Counted from the stretch's first letter, positions 20,487 to 31,096 are shown. The stretch is DNA of 64,000 nt from an uncultured delta proteobacterium (GCA_963789265.1 CAWBKB010000007.1:416001-480000); one strand, 5' to 3'. Notes: a model not told the origin generated them from the letters alone. Made by a program: numbers and translations.

Positions 20487-21810
20487 TTGATTCCACGCTA
20501 CACTCGCCAGGATATGCGAAGAATCTGGGAACCGAAGAATCGTTATCAGAAGTGGTTGGATATCGAGTTGGCCGTTTGCGAGGCCTGGACCGAAAGAGGC
20601 ATAATCCCGCCTCAAAGCATGGAAAACATACGAAAGACCGCCACTTTTGATTTGGAACGAATCAACGAGATAGAAAAAATCACGCGCCACGACGTCATAG
20701 CGTTCACTACCTGTGTGGCCGAACATGTGGGGGAGGACTCAAGATTTATACACAGGGGGCTCACTTCGTACGACGTAGTCGACTCTGCTCTCAGCTTGCT
20801 TTTGAAAGAGGCGGGACTGCTGATCCGGCAAGGGCTAGTGGAGTTATTGGGTGCTCTCAAGGATCGCGCATTGGAGCATCGCCATACCCCGATGGTCGGT
20901 CGCTCTCACGGTATTCATGCCGAGCCGATTACCTTTGGACTCAAACTGGCAGTACCTGTACAGCGAAATGGCCAGGCACCTCACTCGGTGGGACGTGGCC
21001 CTGGAGAGCATTTCGGTCGGTAAGATCTCGGGAGCTGTGGGAACTTTTGCCCATTTGGATCCAAAGATGGAAGAAGCTGTCCTGACGAAGCTGGGTCTTA
21101 AACCGGCCGACGCTTCCACGCAGGTGCTTCAGAGGGACCGGCACGCCGAGTACTTCACCGCATTGGCGCTCATGGCCTCAAGTATGGAGAAGATCGCAGT
21201 CGAGATAAGGCACCTCCAGCGCACGGAAGTGGCCGAAGTAGAGGAATTTTTCCACGAAGGACAGAAGGGTTCGTCCGCGATGCCTCATAAGCGAAATCCG
21301 GTCCTTACAGAAAATATCAGCGGCTTGGCTCGAGTTGTCCGTGGTCATGCGTTGGCAGCAATGGAGGATGTTCCACTTTGGCACGAAAGAGACATTTCCC
21401 ATTCCTCCGTAGAAAGGATCATCGCCCCTGATGCCACCACTCTGGTCGACTTTATGCTCCACCGCCTGTCTTCAGTGATATCCAACTTGAAAGTGTACGA
21501 AGAGAAGATGTGGCGCAATCTGCGGATGAGCCGCGGGCTTATTTTCTCGGAATCGATTCTCCTGCGATTGGTGGACCGTGGCCTAACCAGGGAACAGGCC
21601 TATGCGCTAGTTCAGCGCAATGCAATGAAGGCGTGGGAAGAACAGGCGGATTTCAAGGAGATCCTCCTGCGCGACTCCGATATCCTTCTACACTTGGAGG
21701 CTTCTGAAATAGAGGCGGCTTTCGATCTTGATCATGCTCTGCGCTGGGTCGATACGATACTTGACAGAGTTTTTAGCAAACAGTTACCGCATGTTGCACT
21801 AAAAAGCTAA
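20487..21810 (+). CDS. purB: Adenylosuccinate lyase, +1 frameshift at ~20954
   Basis: MIPRY (TTG start), TRHDVIAF, GRSHGIHAEPITFG, then GKISGAVG and GSSAMPHKRNP; removing one base gives KLAVLYSEM. Confidence 0.95.
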
Positions 21811-21858
21811 TGTAAAACTTTCTTGACTTTTTGTGCAACTACCTGTAAAGAAAAGCGT

Positions 21859-23904
21859 ATGTTTGCTCGCAATCTGAAAAGAGTGATAGTACCCCTTTGG
21901 CGTCGGACTGCAAACATAGTCTTGATCGCTCTAAGCTTGGTCGTAACAGCCGCGGCGAGCGCTCCATGTTCTGAGCGTCTCTATCCTGTAGCTCTTATGG
22001 ACTGGATGGTGGAAGGAACCTTCTATGCCGTAATTGTCGATAAGTCCCAGCAGCGTCTCAGTGTATGGCGAATAGAGGATGGCGAACCGTCCATGGTCGA
22101 GTCTTACCGGTGCTCCACTGGGGAGAACGATGGTGACAAGTGGATTCGCGGAGATATGAGGACGCCCGAAGGGGTCTATTTCTTCTGTTCAGTCATCGAC
22201 GGCCATACTCTTCCTGCCAAGTATGGTCTGTGGGCTTTCACCACTGACTACCCTAATTTTGTAGACCGCCGCCGGGGGAAGAACGGCGACGGCATCTGGC
22301 TCCACGGACGAGACAAACCTCTCGGATTGAAGCCGGATTCCAACGGTTGCATAGCTCTCGAAAACCACGATCTGATCAAGGTGTCACGATTTATCAGGCT
22401 GCAAAGCACTCCCATCATCGTAGTCGAAAAGCTACGGATGGCGCCCAGGTCTGTGATTATGGAGCAGGAACGCGGGCTGAGGAACTTCATTGAGTCTTGG
22501 CGCCAGGCGTGGGAGTCGAAAAACGTTGATGCTTTCATGGCTCACTATTCACCGAATTTCCAGAGTTCCTGGCTCGATTTCAACGGCTGGAAGGAAAAGA
22601 AACGAAAGCTAAACACGCGGTACAAATCCATACGTGTCAAACTCGGCAACGTGTATCTATATCGACAGGACGGCCTCATCACCTCAATATTTACCCAGTC
22701 ATACACGTCCGACGGCTTCCATAGCTCGGGCATCAAAATCCTTTATATTACTCACCACGACAAATGCAAAATTTATGCTGAAGATTACCATCAGCCTGTG
22801 GATGATCCCTTTCCCGTGCAGTCTCTGCTCGCCAAAGCAGGAGCGGGTCCTTCCACGGGGGACGCAGAACCAAATGATTTTCGAATTCGCCTGGTTTCGA
22901 CGGATGAGCCGGAGCCGAATCCTAAAGATGAAATCGACACTCCACACCCTTCCGCCCCATCAAGAGGAGTTGCTCTTGATAGGCTGACGGCACGAAAGGC
23001 AAAGAGCATTGTCGCACCTCCTATTAAGATGAACGAAAAATATTTGGGTGGTCCGTCCCCGGATCGGCTCATTGTAGCGCGCCTGATGCCCACTTACGTC
23101 CCCCTGCCTAATATCGAGCCGGTCATGAGGAAAGGGACGCCTGAAGCTCAAGTGGAGACGGCTCCCGAGAAACCGATTCCCGGTAACGTGAACCGGAGTT
23201 TCCCTGAGGACAGGGTCGTAAAGAAGGCGAAGTCTGAAGCTCACGCTGCTTCCAAGGCACAAGTTTCAAAAAGAACCGATCCGAATTCTAAGAAGTGCAA
23301 AGTCGACCGGGGATCAGAGACGGCTCCCCACGTTCGCTTGCAATCCGAGATTAGATTCTTGCGATTGGCCCTGGAAAAAATGGCGCGGCAAGCGAGCGCG
23401 CATGCCATAGATACGGATAAAAGAGATCTCCCAGCCGGACATCACCCTGGCTCCGCGTCAAAAGTCACTGCGTCCCACCCCAAGATTTTGGCCAAAGGCG
23501 CGTCGTGTAACAAGGCGGTGCTGGCTTTCCTTCGTCAGTGGAAGCTTGCCTGGGAGCAAAAGAATCTTGACAGGTTCATGAAAATGTATCATCCCGATTT
23601 CGAGCATGAGGGGATGGATTACCAGATGCTTCTGAAATCCAAAAAGAATTTCTTCCGTAAATATCGGACCATCCACGTCAAGGTCGACCGGGTGGAAATC
23701 AGGAAGGTTAAAGGCCGAGTTCTGGTAAAGTTCGTCCAGTCCTTCCAAGGAGATAACTACCGTGATAAAGGTTGGAAAACCATGGTCTTGGCTGGCGGCA
23801 AAGATACAGGGTTCCGGATCGTTGCGGAAGGATGGACCGCCATATCGGGCTCTTCCTCCGATACCAGTACCCTAAAGTCCGGACCAGGGCCCGTTATTCC
23901 ATAG
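21859..23904 (+). CDS. L,D-transpeptidase family protein with two NTF2-like domains (Csd6-like)
   Basis: Signal peptide, VDKSQQ, GDMRTPEGVY, YPNFVD, GIWLHG..SNGC; two (S/Q)W(R/K)xAWExKN..F..Y.P.F modules separated by a low-complexity linker. Confidence 0.85.
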   Translation: MFARNLKRVIVPLWRRTANIVLIALSLVVTAAASAPCSERLYPVALMDWMVEGTFYAVIVDKSQQRLSVWRIEDGEPSMVESYRCSTGENDGDKWIRGDMRTPEGVYFFCSVIDGHTLPAKYGLWAFTTDYPNFVDRRRGKNGDGIWLHGRDKPLGLKPDSNGCIALENHDLIKVSRFIRLQSTPIIVVEKLRMAPRSVIMEQERGLRNFIESWRQAWESKNVDAFMAHYSPNFQSSWLDFNGWKEKKRKLNTRYKSIRVKLGNVYLYRQDGLITSIFTQSYTSDGFHSSGIKILYITHHDKCKIYAEDYHQPVDDPFPVQSLLAKAGAGPSTGDAEPNDFRIRLVSTDEPEPNPKDEIDTPHPSAPSRGVALDRLTARKAKSIVAPPIKMNEKYLGGPSPDRLIVARLMPTYVPLPNIEPVMRKGTPEAQVETAPEKPIPGNVNRSFPEDRVVKKAKSEAHAASKAQVSKRTDPNSKKCKVDRGSETAPHVRLQSEIRFLRLALEKMARQASAHAIDTDKRDLPAGHHPGSASKVTASHPKILAKGASCNKAVLAFLRQWKLAWEQKNLDRFMKMYHPDFEHEGMDYQMLLKSKKNFFRKYRTIHVKVDRVEIRKVKGRVLVKFVQSFQGDNYRDKGWKTMVLAGGKDTGFRIVAEGWTAISGSSSDTSTLKSGPGPVIP

Positions 23905-24911
23905 TGCTTATGAGCGAGTCCGGCAGCTCTCGCCAGATCGAGTTGACCCCCTTCCGTATGAGAGTCGGATTGGCCCTGGCCGCCGTAATAGTCGGCCTCG
24001 CGATATTTGCAATCGTAGGACTGGCGGGTCTCCTCTCCAAGATGGGTAGCAGTACTAGCCCTGACGACGCGCTTGCACAAAAAGTTCAGTCGCTGCAGCA
24101 AGAGCTCAAGAAGAAGGACCTTGCGGTAGCAGCCCAAGAAAAGCGACTGATGGAATTGCAGGAATCTCCTGCGCCGGCAGGGGGCGGGTCACGTCGTACC
24201 AAGGAAATAGCCACAGCCAACGCGGGAGCCCACGGCCAAGAGCCTGCGCCTGCCAACGACGGGCCGCTCGCTGCTCTTCAAGACGCGGTCAAGTCGCCGT
24301 CCAGTGCGCCTGCCGAATCGAAAGGTACGGCAGAAAAAACCGGGAGGGGCTCGAGTACATTCTCTTCGGAGCCTCACGCAGAAGAGTCCCCTGGTCAGAG
24401 TTTGCCCGAGCAGCGCCCTGAGAGTCGCGAGGGAACAGTAGAGCGGACAGAGCAGGCACCGATCGTCAATTTTAACGCTCAGGATGTAACCGCATACGTT
24501 GGTGGTCGGAACAGCGGTAAACTCAGTTTCAGACTTATTAAGGATCACCCGGACACGATGTTTTCAGGATATGTGTTCGTATTTGTGGAGACGGTAGACC
24601 AGAGCGGAAAGAGCAGGATAGTCGTTTATCCCAGCAAGACCCGTCTCTCGGACGGATACCTGCCGATTGACTACAAGGAAGGGCAGCCCATCCCATTCAA
24701 GGTCAATGCTAGAGTTAGAGTGGACTTGCCTGATGAGGACATTTCTCCGGCGGCCTCCCTGTCCCGAGTGTCGATCCTCCTATATGATGCGGACGGCAAG
24801 ATTGTTTTCCAGCGAGGCTTCGATCGCAAGGAGCTGAAGGTTGTCGGCAATAGAGCCGGAAACACGGGAAACGCCCGCACAAGGGCCGGCCAGAAGAGGC
24901 GTGCCTTGTGA
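23832..24911 (+). CDS. Single-TM coiled-coil hypothetical protein (start uncertain, 23832 or 23910)
   Basis: TM segment VGLALAAVIVGLAIFAIVGL, coiled coil, low-complexity linker, beta-rich C-terminus. Confidence 0.7.
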   Translation: MDRHIGLFLRYQYPKVRTRARYSIVLMSESGSSRQIELTPFRMRVGLALAAVIVGLAIFAIVGLAGLLSKMGSSTSPDDALAQKVQSLQQELKKKDLAVAAQEKRLMELQESPAPAGGGSRRTKEIATANAGAHGQEPAPANDGPLAALQDAVKSPSSAPAESKGTAEKTGRGSSTFSSEPHAEESPGQSLPEQRPESREGTVERTEQAPIVNFNAQDVTAYVGGRNSGKLSFRLIKDHPDTMFSGYVFVFVETVDQSGKSRIVVYPSKTRLSDGYLPIDYKEGQPIPFKVNARVRVDLPDEDISPAASLSRVSILLYDADGKIVFQRGFDRKELKVVGNRAGNTGNARTRAGQKRRAL

Positions 24912-25087
24912 ACCTAGTTCGAGTATTCTATTCTGTTTTGCAGAATTTGTGAGGGCGTAATGGGCCCTCATTTTGTTTGAGGTGTTTAGTCGGTATAGGC
25001 CCTGCTAATTGCTGACGAACTGTCGCTTGGTATAGCACGCAGAGATCTGAAAACGATTCGCTTTCAAGCAAGTGGAAACCCTGTTTC

Positions 25088-25245
25088 TGGTGGGGCAATC
25101 ACGCCCGGGCGTGATTGCCTGTCGTCGTGCCCACGTTCGCGGGGAACTGTAGGGGCGAATGCCATTCGCCCCTACCATCCCCAATCAGGGTCCGGGATGA
25201 CCCCACGTTCCGCGCGGGATGTCCCTCCACATCCTAATCCAGGAT
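25088..25245. repeat. REP-like cluster
   Basis: GTGGGGCAATCACGCCCGGGCGTGATTGCCTGTC; GTAGGGGCGAATGCCATTCGCCCCTAC; CCCCACGTTCCGCGCGGGA. Confidence 0.75.
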
Positions 25246-25385
25246 TGACACTTGTTTGGTGAGGCGCAGGTATAAGCCCTCAAAGAATACCCACCGAGCT
25301 GCGATGTAGCTTCTCCTGCCCCTGGAGCGAAACCGGACTCCGTTCATTCTCGGTTGCTACTGACACAGTCATCAGCGTATGGCAT

Positions 25386-25742
25386 TTAGCTAGTTCTGGC
25401 TACGTGATTATTCTCGTCCACGAATATATTGCGAGCCTTAAAGCCCTTGCATTCGGAATCCTCCAGGACTACGTACGAGCAGATAATTATCAGGTCCTTG
25501 ACCGATACCTTTCTTGCCGCGGCACCGTTCAAGCAGATCACGCCGGAACCCGGCTCGCCCTTGATCGCGTACGTGGTGAATCTCTCACCATTGGAGACGT
25601 TATAGATGTGGACCTGTTCGTATTCAAGAATGTCGGCTTGATCGAGAAGGATTGAGTCGATGGATACGCTTCCTTCGTAATCCAAACAAGCGTCCGTAAC
25701 TTTGGCCCGGTGGATTTTGGATTTTAGCATCGTCCGCTGCAT
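25386..25742 (-). CDS. panD: Aspartate 1-decarboxylase
   Basis: KSKIHRA, YEGS self-cleavage site, [14 protein letters not shown]. Confidence 0.97.
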   Translation of the reverse strand: MQRTMLKSKIHRAKVTDACLDYEGSVSIDSILLDQADILEYEQVHIYNVSNGERFTTYAIKGEPGSGVICLNGAAARKVSVKDLIIICSYVVLEDSECKGFKARNIFVDENNHVARTS

Positions 25743-25780
25743 TTCCCGGCTCCTGCAGGAAGATTTTGTAGTTAATGAGT

Positions 25781-26662
25781 TTACGCTGGCCCGAGCGCCC
25801 GGTCTTTGCCAAGCGCGCTATGTTCCAGCAACATATTGTCGATAAGGCGCGTCTTACCTATTCGGACTGCCAGCGCAGCCAACGCACTGTCTCCCACGAG
25901 TTCCAAATCCTGAAGCGTTTCCGGATGAACCAGGTTTATGTAGTCTATTTGGGCGTCCGGTTCACGCTGTATGCGATCCGACATCGCCTTCACATACGCT
26001 TTCGCGTCCGATTCACTCCGGTCCAAAAGGTTCTGCGCGTTCTGTAAAGCTTGGAACAGGCACACCGCTTGCTTTCTTTCAGTCGAAGACAAATAGGAAT
26101 TGCGGGAACTCATGGCCAGTCCATCATGTTCACGGACTATAGGGCACGGGACTATTTCGACATCCAGATTCAGGTCCCGCGTCATAGTCCTTATTACCTG
26201 GAGCTGCTGATAGTCCTTTTGGCCAAAATACGCGGCTGCGGGTGAAACGATGTTGAACAGCTTTAGGACCACGGTTGCCACTCCTCGGAAATGTCCGGGT
26301 CTGGAAGCGCCGCAAAGGGGCTCTGCCAATTTACCTACCTCGACATACGTCCGGAAGTCCGGCCCATAGACGTCCTTAGCAGTGGGTACAAATAGTGCAT
26401 CCACGCCTACCTGCGCGCATTTTTCCGAATCAGCCTCAGGATCGCGAGGGTAGCTGTCGAGATCTTCATTTCGTCCAAATTGAGTCGGATTCACGAAGAT
26501 GCTTGTCACCAATAGGTCGTTTTCTGAGCGACCGCGTTGCATAAGGCTCAAGTGACCGTCGTGCAGGAATCCCATGGTCGGAACCAAACCAATGGTTTGG
26601 CCGGCCTGTATGTGATATCTGGACCAATGCTTCATTTGGGCAACGGAAGTTAGCGTTTCCAT
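25781..26662 (-). CDS. panC: Pantoate--beta-alanine ligase
   Basis: [49 protein letters not shown]; start METLTS at 26662. Confidence 0.97.
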   Translation of the reverse strand: METLTSVAQMKHWSRYHIQAGQTIGLVPTMGFLHDGHLSLMQRGRSENDLLVTSIFVNPTQFGRNEDLDSYPRDPEADSEKCAQVGVDALFVPTAKDVYGPDFRTYVEVGKLAEPLCGASRPGHFRGVATVVLKLFNIVSPAAAYFGQKDYQQLQVIRTMTRDLNLDVEIVPCPIVREHDGLAMSSRNSYLSSTERKQAVCLFQALQNAQNLLDRSESDAKAYVKAMSDRIQREPDAQIDYINLVHPETLQDLELVGDSALAALAVRIGKTRLIDNMLLEHSALGKDRALGPA

Positions 26663-26676
26663 GCCTGTTTTCCCAC

Positions 26677-26703
26677 AAAAAAAGCCTTCCGTTAGGAAGG
26701 CCT
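26677..26703 (-). terminator. Intrinsic terminator in the panC leader (attenuator)
   Basis: Minus strand AGGCCTTCC-TAAC-GGAAGGCTT followed by a T run, ending ~15 nt before the panC ATG. Confidence 0.8.
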
Positions 26704-26723
26704 GTTTATTACTCGATTTCCGT

Positions 26724-26812
26724 CCTTCCGTCCCGGTCGAAAAGATCCAGGCGGTATATGTGTTGTCAAACCGAATAGGTTCCGGGTCCAAGTGAGACTC
26801 CAGATCCTGGAT
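26724..26812 (-). ncRNA. pan RNA motif-like cis-regulatory element (two hairpins with bulged As)
   Basis: Minus strand CCGCCTGGATC-TTTTC-GACCGGGACGG with two bulged As, plus a similar upstream hairpin (26782-26810); directly 5' of panCD. Confidence 0.75.
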
Positions 26813-26999
26813 TTACTATATATCCGACAACGTTTATCGGTCAAGCCAAAAAAATTGTTTGGGGACCGTTATTGGAACGTGCCGAACAGAGGCAACCGTT
26901 GTTTTGTTGAAACCCTATCGTTCCCACGGACATCTAATGTAATAGCTGTTGTTCATCCGTGACGCGGCCCGAATTTTTCCAGGAAAGGAGGAATGCCCA

Positions 27000-27233
27000 A
27001 TGGCAAATTATGATAGAGCTGAACAGATTGTCAGAGAGATTGAACGGGTCACTCCTTATATGTACGAAGGGTTGTACGGCAACTTCTTGAGGAGTTTTAT
27101 GGACTCCGACAAGTCCAAATGGGTTGAGGATTTGTCCAACTACTTGACGCGTGCTAACCAGGATTGGGGCGATGTAGGAGAAGAAATAGCATTCCTTTTG
27201 TGGGAAAGATTTGAAAAGAGAATCTCCTGTTAA
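27000..27233 (+). CDS. Small hypothetical protein (77 aa)
   Basis: Strong AAGGAGG RBS before ATG 27000; plausible helical composition; hairpin terminator downstream. Confidence 0.65.
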   Translation: MANYDRAEQIVREIERVTPYMYEGLYGNFLRSFMDSDKSKWVEDLSNYLTRANQDWGDVGEEIAFLLWERFEKRISC

Positions 27234-27301
27234 CATGCCCACTTGTTTCGGTCAGTACGCGTCAGTTTGAAGTCTGATCTCGGGTGAGAAGATGATCAAA
27301 G

Positions 27302-27338
27302 ACAAAAGTCGCGGGAAGGATCGTTCCCGCGACTTTTG
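27302..27338 (+). terminator. Hairpin terminator, probably bidirectional
   Basis: ACAAAAGTCGCGGGAA-GGATCG-TTCCCGCGACTTTTGT. Confidence 0.7.
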
Positions 27339-27543
27339 TTTGTCTTCAACATATATGGGGCAATTTATGTCCGTTCGCGATCAAATCCTCAAATTCAGCA
27401 CGGATCTGACAAAGCCTCCCACGGGACGCGGGATCGCACCCAAAGGCCAATTTTGACCGAATGTTGGGTGCCATCCCGCGTCCCGCGGGAAGCGCCATGT
27501 TTGGCGCCGGATCAGTGCAGTGACAGCGAACCGGCAAAAAGAT

Positions 27544-27578
27544 AAAGTCGCGGGAGCGATGCTTCTCGCGACTTTTGT
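27544..27578 (-). terminator. Terminator downstream of qmoC; inverted copy of the 27302 hairpin
   Basis: AAAGTCGCGGGAG-CGATG-CTTCTCGCGACTTT. Confidence 0.65.
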
Positions 27579-27600
27579 GCTTTTCCAAGAGTGTTTTTAC

Positions 27601-28797
27601 TTAGCTAGCCTTAGATGCTTCTTCTCCTTGTGCCGCAGCGGGCGGAACATAATTCGGTTCCACAGGTAGCGTGACATTTCTCCCCGCGGCTTTCGACCAT
27701 GCGATGGCAACCGTTCTGTAACCCAGATGCGCAAATTTGGAAAAAGGCAGGTACAGGAAGAGCGACAGTACGAACATCAGGTGAATCGTGTAAAGCGAAT
27801 ACGCGCCGGATGCCGAGCCTTCCAACCGAGTCAACTCCGTCAGCAGGCCGGTAGCACCCGTCCCAAAGATCATGAACAGGAACAGCCAATCAAAATAAGA
27901 GCTGTTTCCGGACTGCTCCGGCACGGTGAGCCGTCGAACCAGCATAATGCCCAGACCCAGTACGAACGCGGTCGCACTGATGTTACCAAGGAGCTTGATG
28001 GGGATCGTGCCGGGACCGTTACGAGACGGAGGGGCTATATGAAGTATGTCGATGTTGAACGCGACGATGGCCGTTGTCAAGAGCAGACCTATAAATCCCC
28101 AGAACACGAGTAGATGTGCGGCATACCGTATGTTGTTCGCCTCGCACTCTTTGAACGTTGTGTGAGGAAGGATCTCCTTGAGCGCCTCGATTAGGCTGGG
28201 AACGAATCCCTTGCGCTGAGCGCCCACGTCCAAGGGATTGTTGGATTCCAGCTTGCCCCAGAAACGTGTCAGGCTCACGACGAGAGAAACGACTGCGAAA
28301 AGCAGAGCAAGGGTGTAAACCACCTGGATGTATTTGTAGTCGATATACTCACCGTAGTTCACCGGCTTCGGAAAGGTGAACCCGTGGTTCATGACTACGA
28401 CCAATAGGACAATCACCACAGGAATACCCAATGTAAGGACTACCAGTGCCGGTTGACCTACGAGACTCCCGAGAAAGGAGGGCCAGGAGTTCTCCTGTAT
28501 GTTCATCTTCCGAGCGGCTTTGAGGACGTCACCCGGATATGCGCCTCGAGGGCACTGGGTAGAACAGTCGTTGCACTGATGGCACAGCCAGACATCAGGA
28601 TCGTTCAAGAGTTTCTTCTTCAATCCCCACTGCGCCCAAATCATCTCTTTGCGCGGATAGGGATTGTTGTCCGGGGAAATAGGACAGGCGACCGAACAGG
28701 TCGCGCACTGATAACACTTTTTCAGGTCGCCGGCCCCGGCCGCGATGAGGTCTTTGGTAAATTGAAGATCAGGTTCGGCAACGAACTCATTCGCCAT
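27601..28797 (-). CDS. qmoC: Quinone-interacting membrane-bound oxidoreductase subunit C
   Basis: CYQCATCSVACP and CHQCNDCSTQCP, TM helices with His ligands, PFSKFAHLGYR. Confidence 0.95.
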   Translation of the reverse strand: MANEFVAEPDLQFTKDLIAAGAGDLKKCYQCATCSVACPISPDNNPYPRKEMIWAQWGLKKKLLNDPDVWLCHQCNDCSTQCPRGAYPGDVLKAARKMNIQENSWPSFLGSLVGQPALVVLTLGIPVVIVLLVVVMNHGFTFPKPVNYGEYIDYKYIQVVYTLALLFAVVSLVVSLTRFWGKLESNNPLDVGAQRKGFVPSLIEALKEILPHTTFKECEANNIRYAAHLLVFWGFIGLLLTTAIVAFNIDILHIAPPSRNGPGTIPIKLLGNISATAFVLGLGIMLVRRLTVPEQSGNSSYFDWLFLFMIFGTGATGLLTELTRLEGSASGAYSLYTIHLMFVLSLFLYLPFSKFAHLGYRTVAIAWSKAAGRNVTLPVEPNYVPPAAAQGEEASKAS

Positions 28798-28809
28798 GTG
28801 TGAACCTCC

Positions 28810-31092
28810 TTAAAAACCCTTATATGGGTTGGGATCGAAACCGGCGAGCGTTTCCATGAAATCGTCTACCAATTTCGGGATCGTATGGAATTCACTTATC
28901 GCCAATTGGTGGACAACTATACGTTCCGGTTCCAGGACGAGGCGCTGCAAAGTCTCTGAGATCTTCCCCATTCGATACTCCGCAAGCTCGCTCCCCTTCA
29001 TGAAGTGGCATTGATAGTCGTCACCGTATTTACAGCCGATCAACATGATACCGTCAATGCCCTTGGACAGCGCGTCGGCGATCCAAACCATGTTGATGTT
29101 GCCGAGGCATCTTAAAGGAATAAACCTCACAAAGGGGCTGTACTCAAGCCTGTTGATTCCGGCCATGTCCACCGCGGGGTACGCGTCGTTTTCACAAACA
29201 AAAATCACCACTCGAGGTTTTTCCGCGTACTCATCGGGAACATCTATGCATTTCACCATGGAACCGATCATGTCCACTGAATGATCTCTGAAGGAAATGA
29301 TCCGCTCGGGACACGAGCCCATGCAGATAGCGCAACGCCGGCAGCGGGTCGGATTGGGCAAAGGTGTGCCGTCAGGCTTTTCGTCATACGCACCGAATGG
29401 GCATTCTTCCGTGCAACGCTTGCACTGCGTGCACCTCTGGACGAAAATCTCGGGGAAGGACTCATCGCCGGCCCTCGGATGAACTGCTTTACCCTGAGAA
29501 ACCAGCTCAACACACTGAATGGCTTTCAGAGCCGCACCAACCGCGTCGGTTTCACAGCTCTGGAAGTCCATGGGCTGTCGAACGCAGCCGGCTGTATAGA
29601 TTCCAGTTCTTTGGGTCTCGTATGGAAAACAGATGAAATGAGAGTCGTTGAAACCGTACGGGTTCTCCGGTAAAAACGGTCCTTGGCGGTACTTGAGATT
29701 CAATATGGCCGCATCTCTAGTCGCAGGAACCATGCCCGTTGACAACACCACCAGATCGACATTGATCTTCATCTTTTCGCCGAGCAGCGTGTCCTTCAGG
29801 TCCACATTGAGCCCGGCAGACCCGTTGGAAACACCCACGGCAGTCCCCTTGGAAAGAAAAACGCCGGGGTCGTCCTGCATGGCCTGGTAGAATAATTCAT
29901 ACTGCCCCGGAGTCCGCATATTCTCATAGAAGATGTAGGCCCTGCCGTCGGGGTTGGTCTTTCGCAGATACTGCGCCTGTTTCAGCATGATCAGAGAGGC
30001 CACAGACGAGCAGTAAAGCAGTGGATGCTCGGCTTCCTGATTTGCCGCATCTATGAACGCAATGCTGCTCACTTCCTTGCCATCGGAAGGTCGCGTGATT
30101 CTTCCTTTGGCAGCAAGCTCCTCCATCTCAACACTAGTGATCACGTCGGGGTACTGACCGTAACCCAGGTGGGAATATCCTGACGCTTCCTCCGGCCGCC
30201 ATCCGGCCGCAAGAATCACCGCACCCACACGAACTTTCTCATGTTCGAAATCGGCGGTCTCCGTTACCTCTTCCTCAACCTCGGCCTGTTCCTGCGCGGG
30301 TGCAGCCGGTTTAGGCTCCTCTTCTCCGGCGGCTTTGGCATTCTTGGCCGCGAGCCACTCGTTCTGTTCTTTGTCGAGTTGGTCGATCCAGGGTCCGTCA
30401 GGGCGGATGATAACGTCGAACATGCCGGGAGCACCGGAAATGCTGTACACTCTCCGGCCGGTGTAGACTTTGATCTTTTCGACGGAGTTTACTGCTGCGA
30501 TCTTCTCATGAACCGGGGAATCGGTCACTTCGTTATACGGCGGCTTTCCGGTGAACACTTTATGGAACTTGTTGGCCCATCCACCCAGATCCGGATTCTT
30601 CTCGACGAGATAGACCTGATAACCTGCGGCTGCGGCTTCCAGAGCTGCCGTCATGCCGGTCATCCCACCGCCTATGACAAGGATGCCCTTGTCCACTGCT
30701 TCCATAAAAGGCGGTCTGTCCTCATATTTGGAAGTCTTTGTGATCCCCATCCTCATGTAATCTTCGGCCAGCATCTGGGTATCTTCATCGTTCGCCGGAT
30801 GTGACCACACCACGTGTTCCCGAAGATTCACCCGTTCGGTAATAACGCCGTCAAATGTGAATTCCTTCTGAAAGACTCGGGGAGAAGGCCCGGCGATGAT
30901 TACCGCCGTAAGCCCCTCGTTTGCAATGTCGTTTCTTATGATGGCAAGCTTGTCCGGATCACTCCAGTAAGATTCGGCTCGACAAACCGGTACCTTGAAT
31001 TCACCGGTGGCCACAGCGGAAAGGGCGTCGATGTCCAGCGCATCCTTAATCCCGTAACCTGTATCAATATAAACTGCGATCTTGTGGTCCAT
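28810..31092 (-). CDS. qmoB: QmoB (HdrA-like flavoprotein + ferredoxin + MvhD-like domain)
   Basis: VIGGGMTG, FICFPYETQRTG, CTQCKRCTEECP, CENDAYP, GCKYGDDYQCHF. Confidence 0.96.
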   Translation of the reverse strand: MDHKIAVYIDTGYGIKDALDIDALSAVATGEFKVPVCRAESYWSDPDKLAIIRNDIANEGLTAVIIAGPSPRVFQKEFTFDGVITERVNLREHVVWSHPANDEDTQMLAEDYMRMGITKTSKYEDRPPFMEAVDKGILVIGGGMTGMTAALEAAAAGYQVYLVEKNPDLGGWANKFHKVFTGKPPYNEVTDSPVHEKIAAVNSVEKIKVYTGRRVYSISGAPGMFDVIIRPDGPWIDQLDKEQNEWLAAKNAKAAGEEEPKPAAPAQEQAEVEEEVTETADFEHEKVRVGAVILAAGWRPEEASGYSHLGYGQYPDVITSVEMEELAAKGRITRPSDGKEVSSIAFIDAANQEAEHPLLYCSSVASLIMLKQAQYLRKTNPDGRAYIFYENMRTPGQYELFYQAMQDDPGVFLSKGTAVGVSNGSAGLNVDLKDTLLGEKMKINVDLVVLSTGMVPATRDAAILNLKYRQGPFLPENPYGFNDSHFICFPYETQRTGIYTAGCVRQPMDFQSCETDAVGAALKAIQCVELVSQGKAVHPRAGDESFPEIFVQRCTQCKRCTEECPFGAYDEKPDGTPLPNPTRCRRCAICMGSCPERIISFRDHSVDMIGSMVKCIDVPDEYAEKPRVVIFVCENDAYPAVDMAGINRLEYSPFVRFIPLRCLGNINMVWIADALSKGIDGIMLIGCKYGDDYQCHFMKGSELAEYRMGKISETLQRLVLEPERIVVHQLAISEFHTIPKLVDDFMETLAGFDPNPYKGF

Positions 31093-31096
31093 TGAC

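Noticed and set aside
20487..21810. purB as a true pseudogene or programmed frameshift
   Set aside because: No slippery sequence, both halves are intact, and it lies in a cluster of similar indels; sequencing error is more likely.
26663..26791. 43-aa N-terminal extension of PanC in the ORF track
   Set aside because: It overlaps the leader RNA and terminator; PanC similarity begins at METLTS (26662).
30000..30075. Loss of the HdrA-type Cys motif in QmoB (AFIDAANQ..YCSSVAS)
   Set aside because: Degeneration of this motif is, to my knowledge, common in QmoB; no TGA codons are involved.
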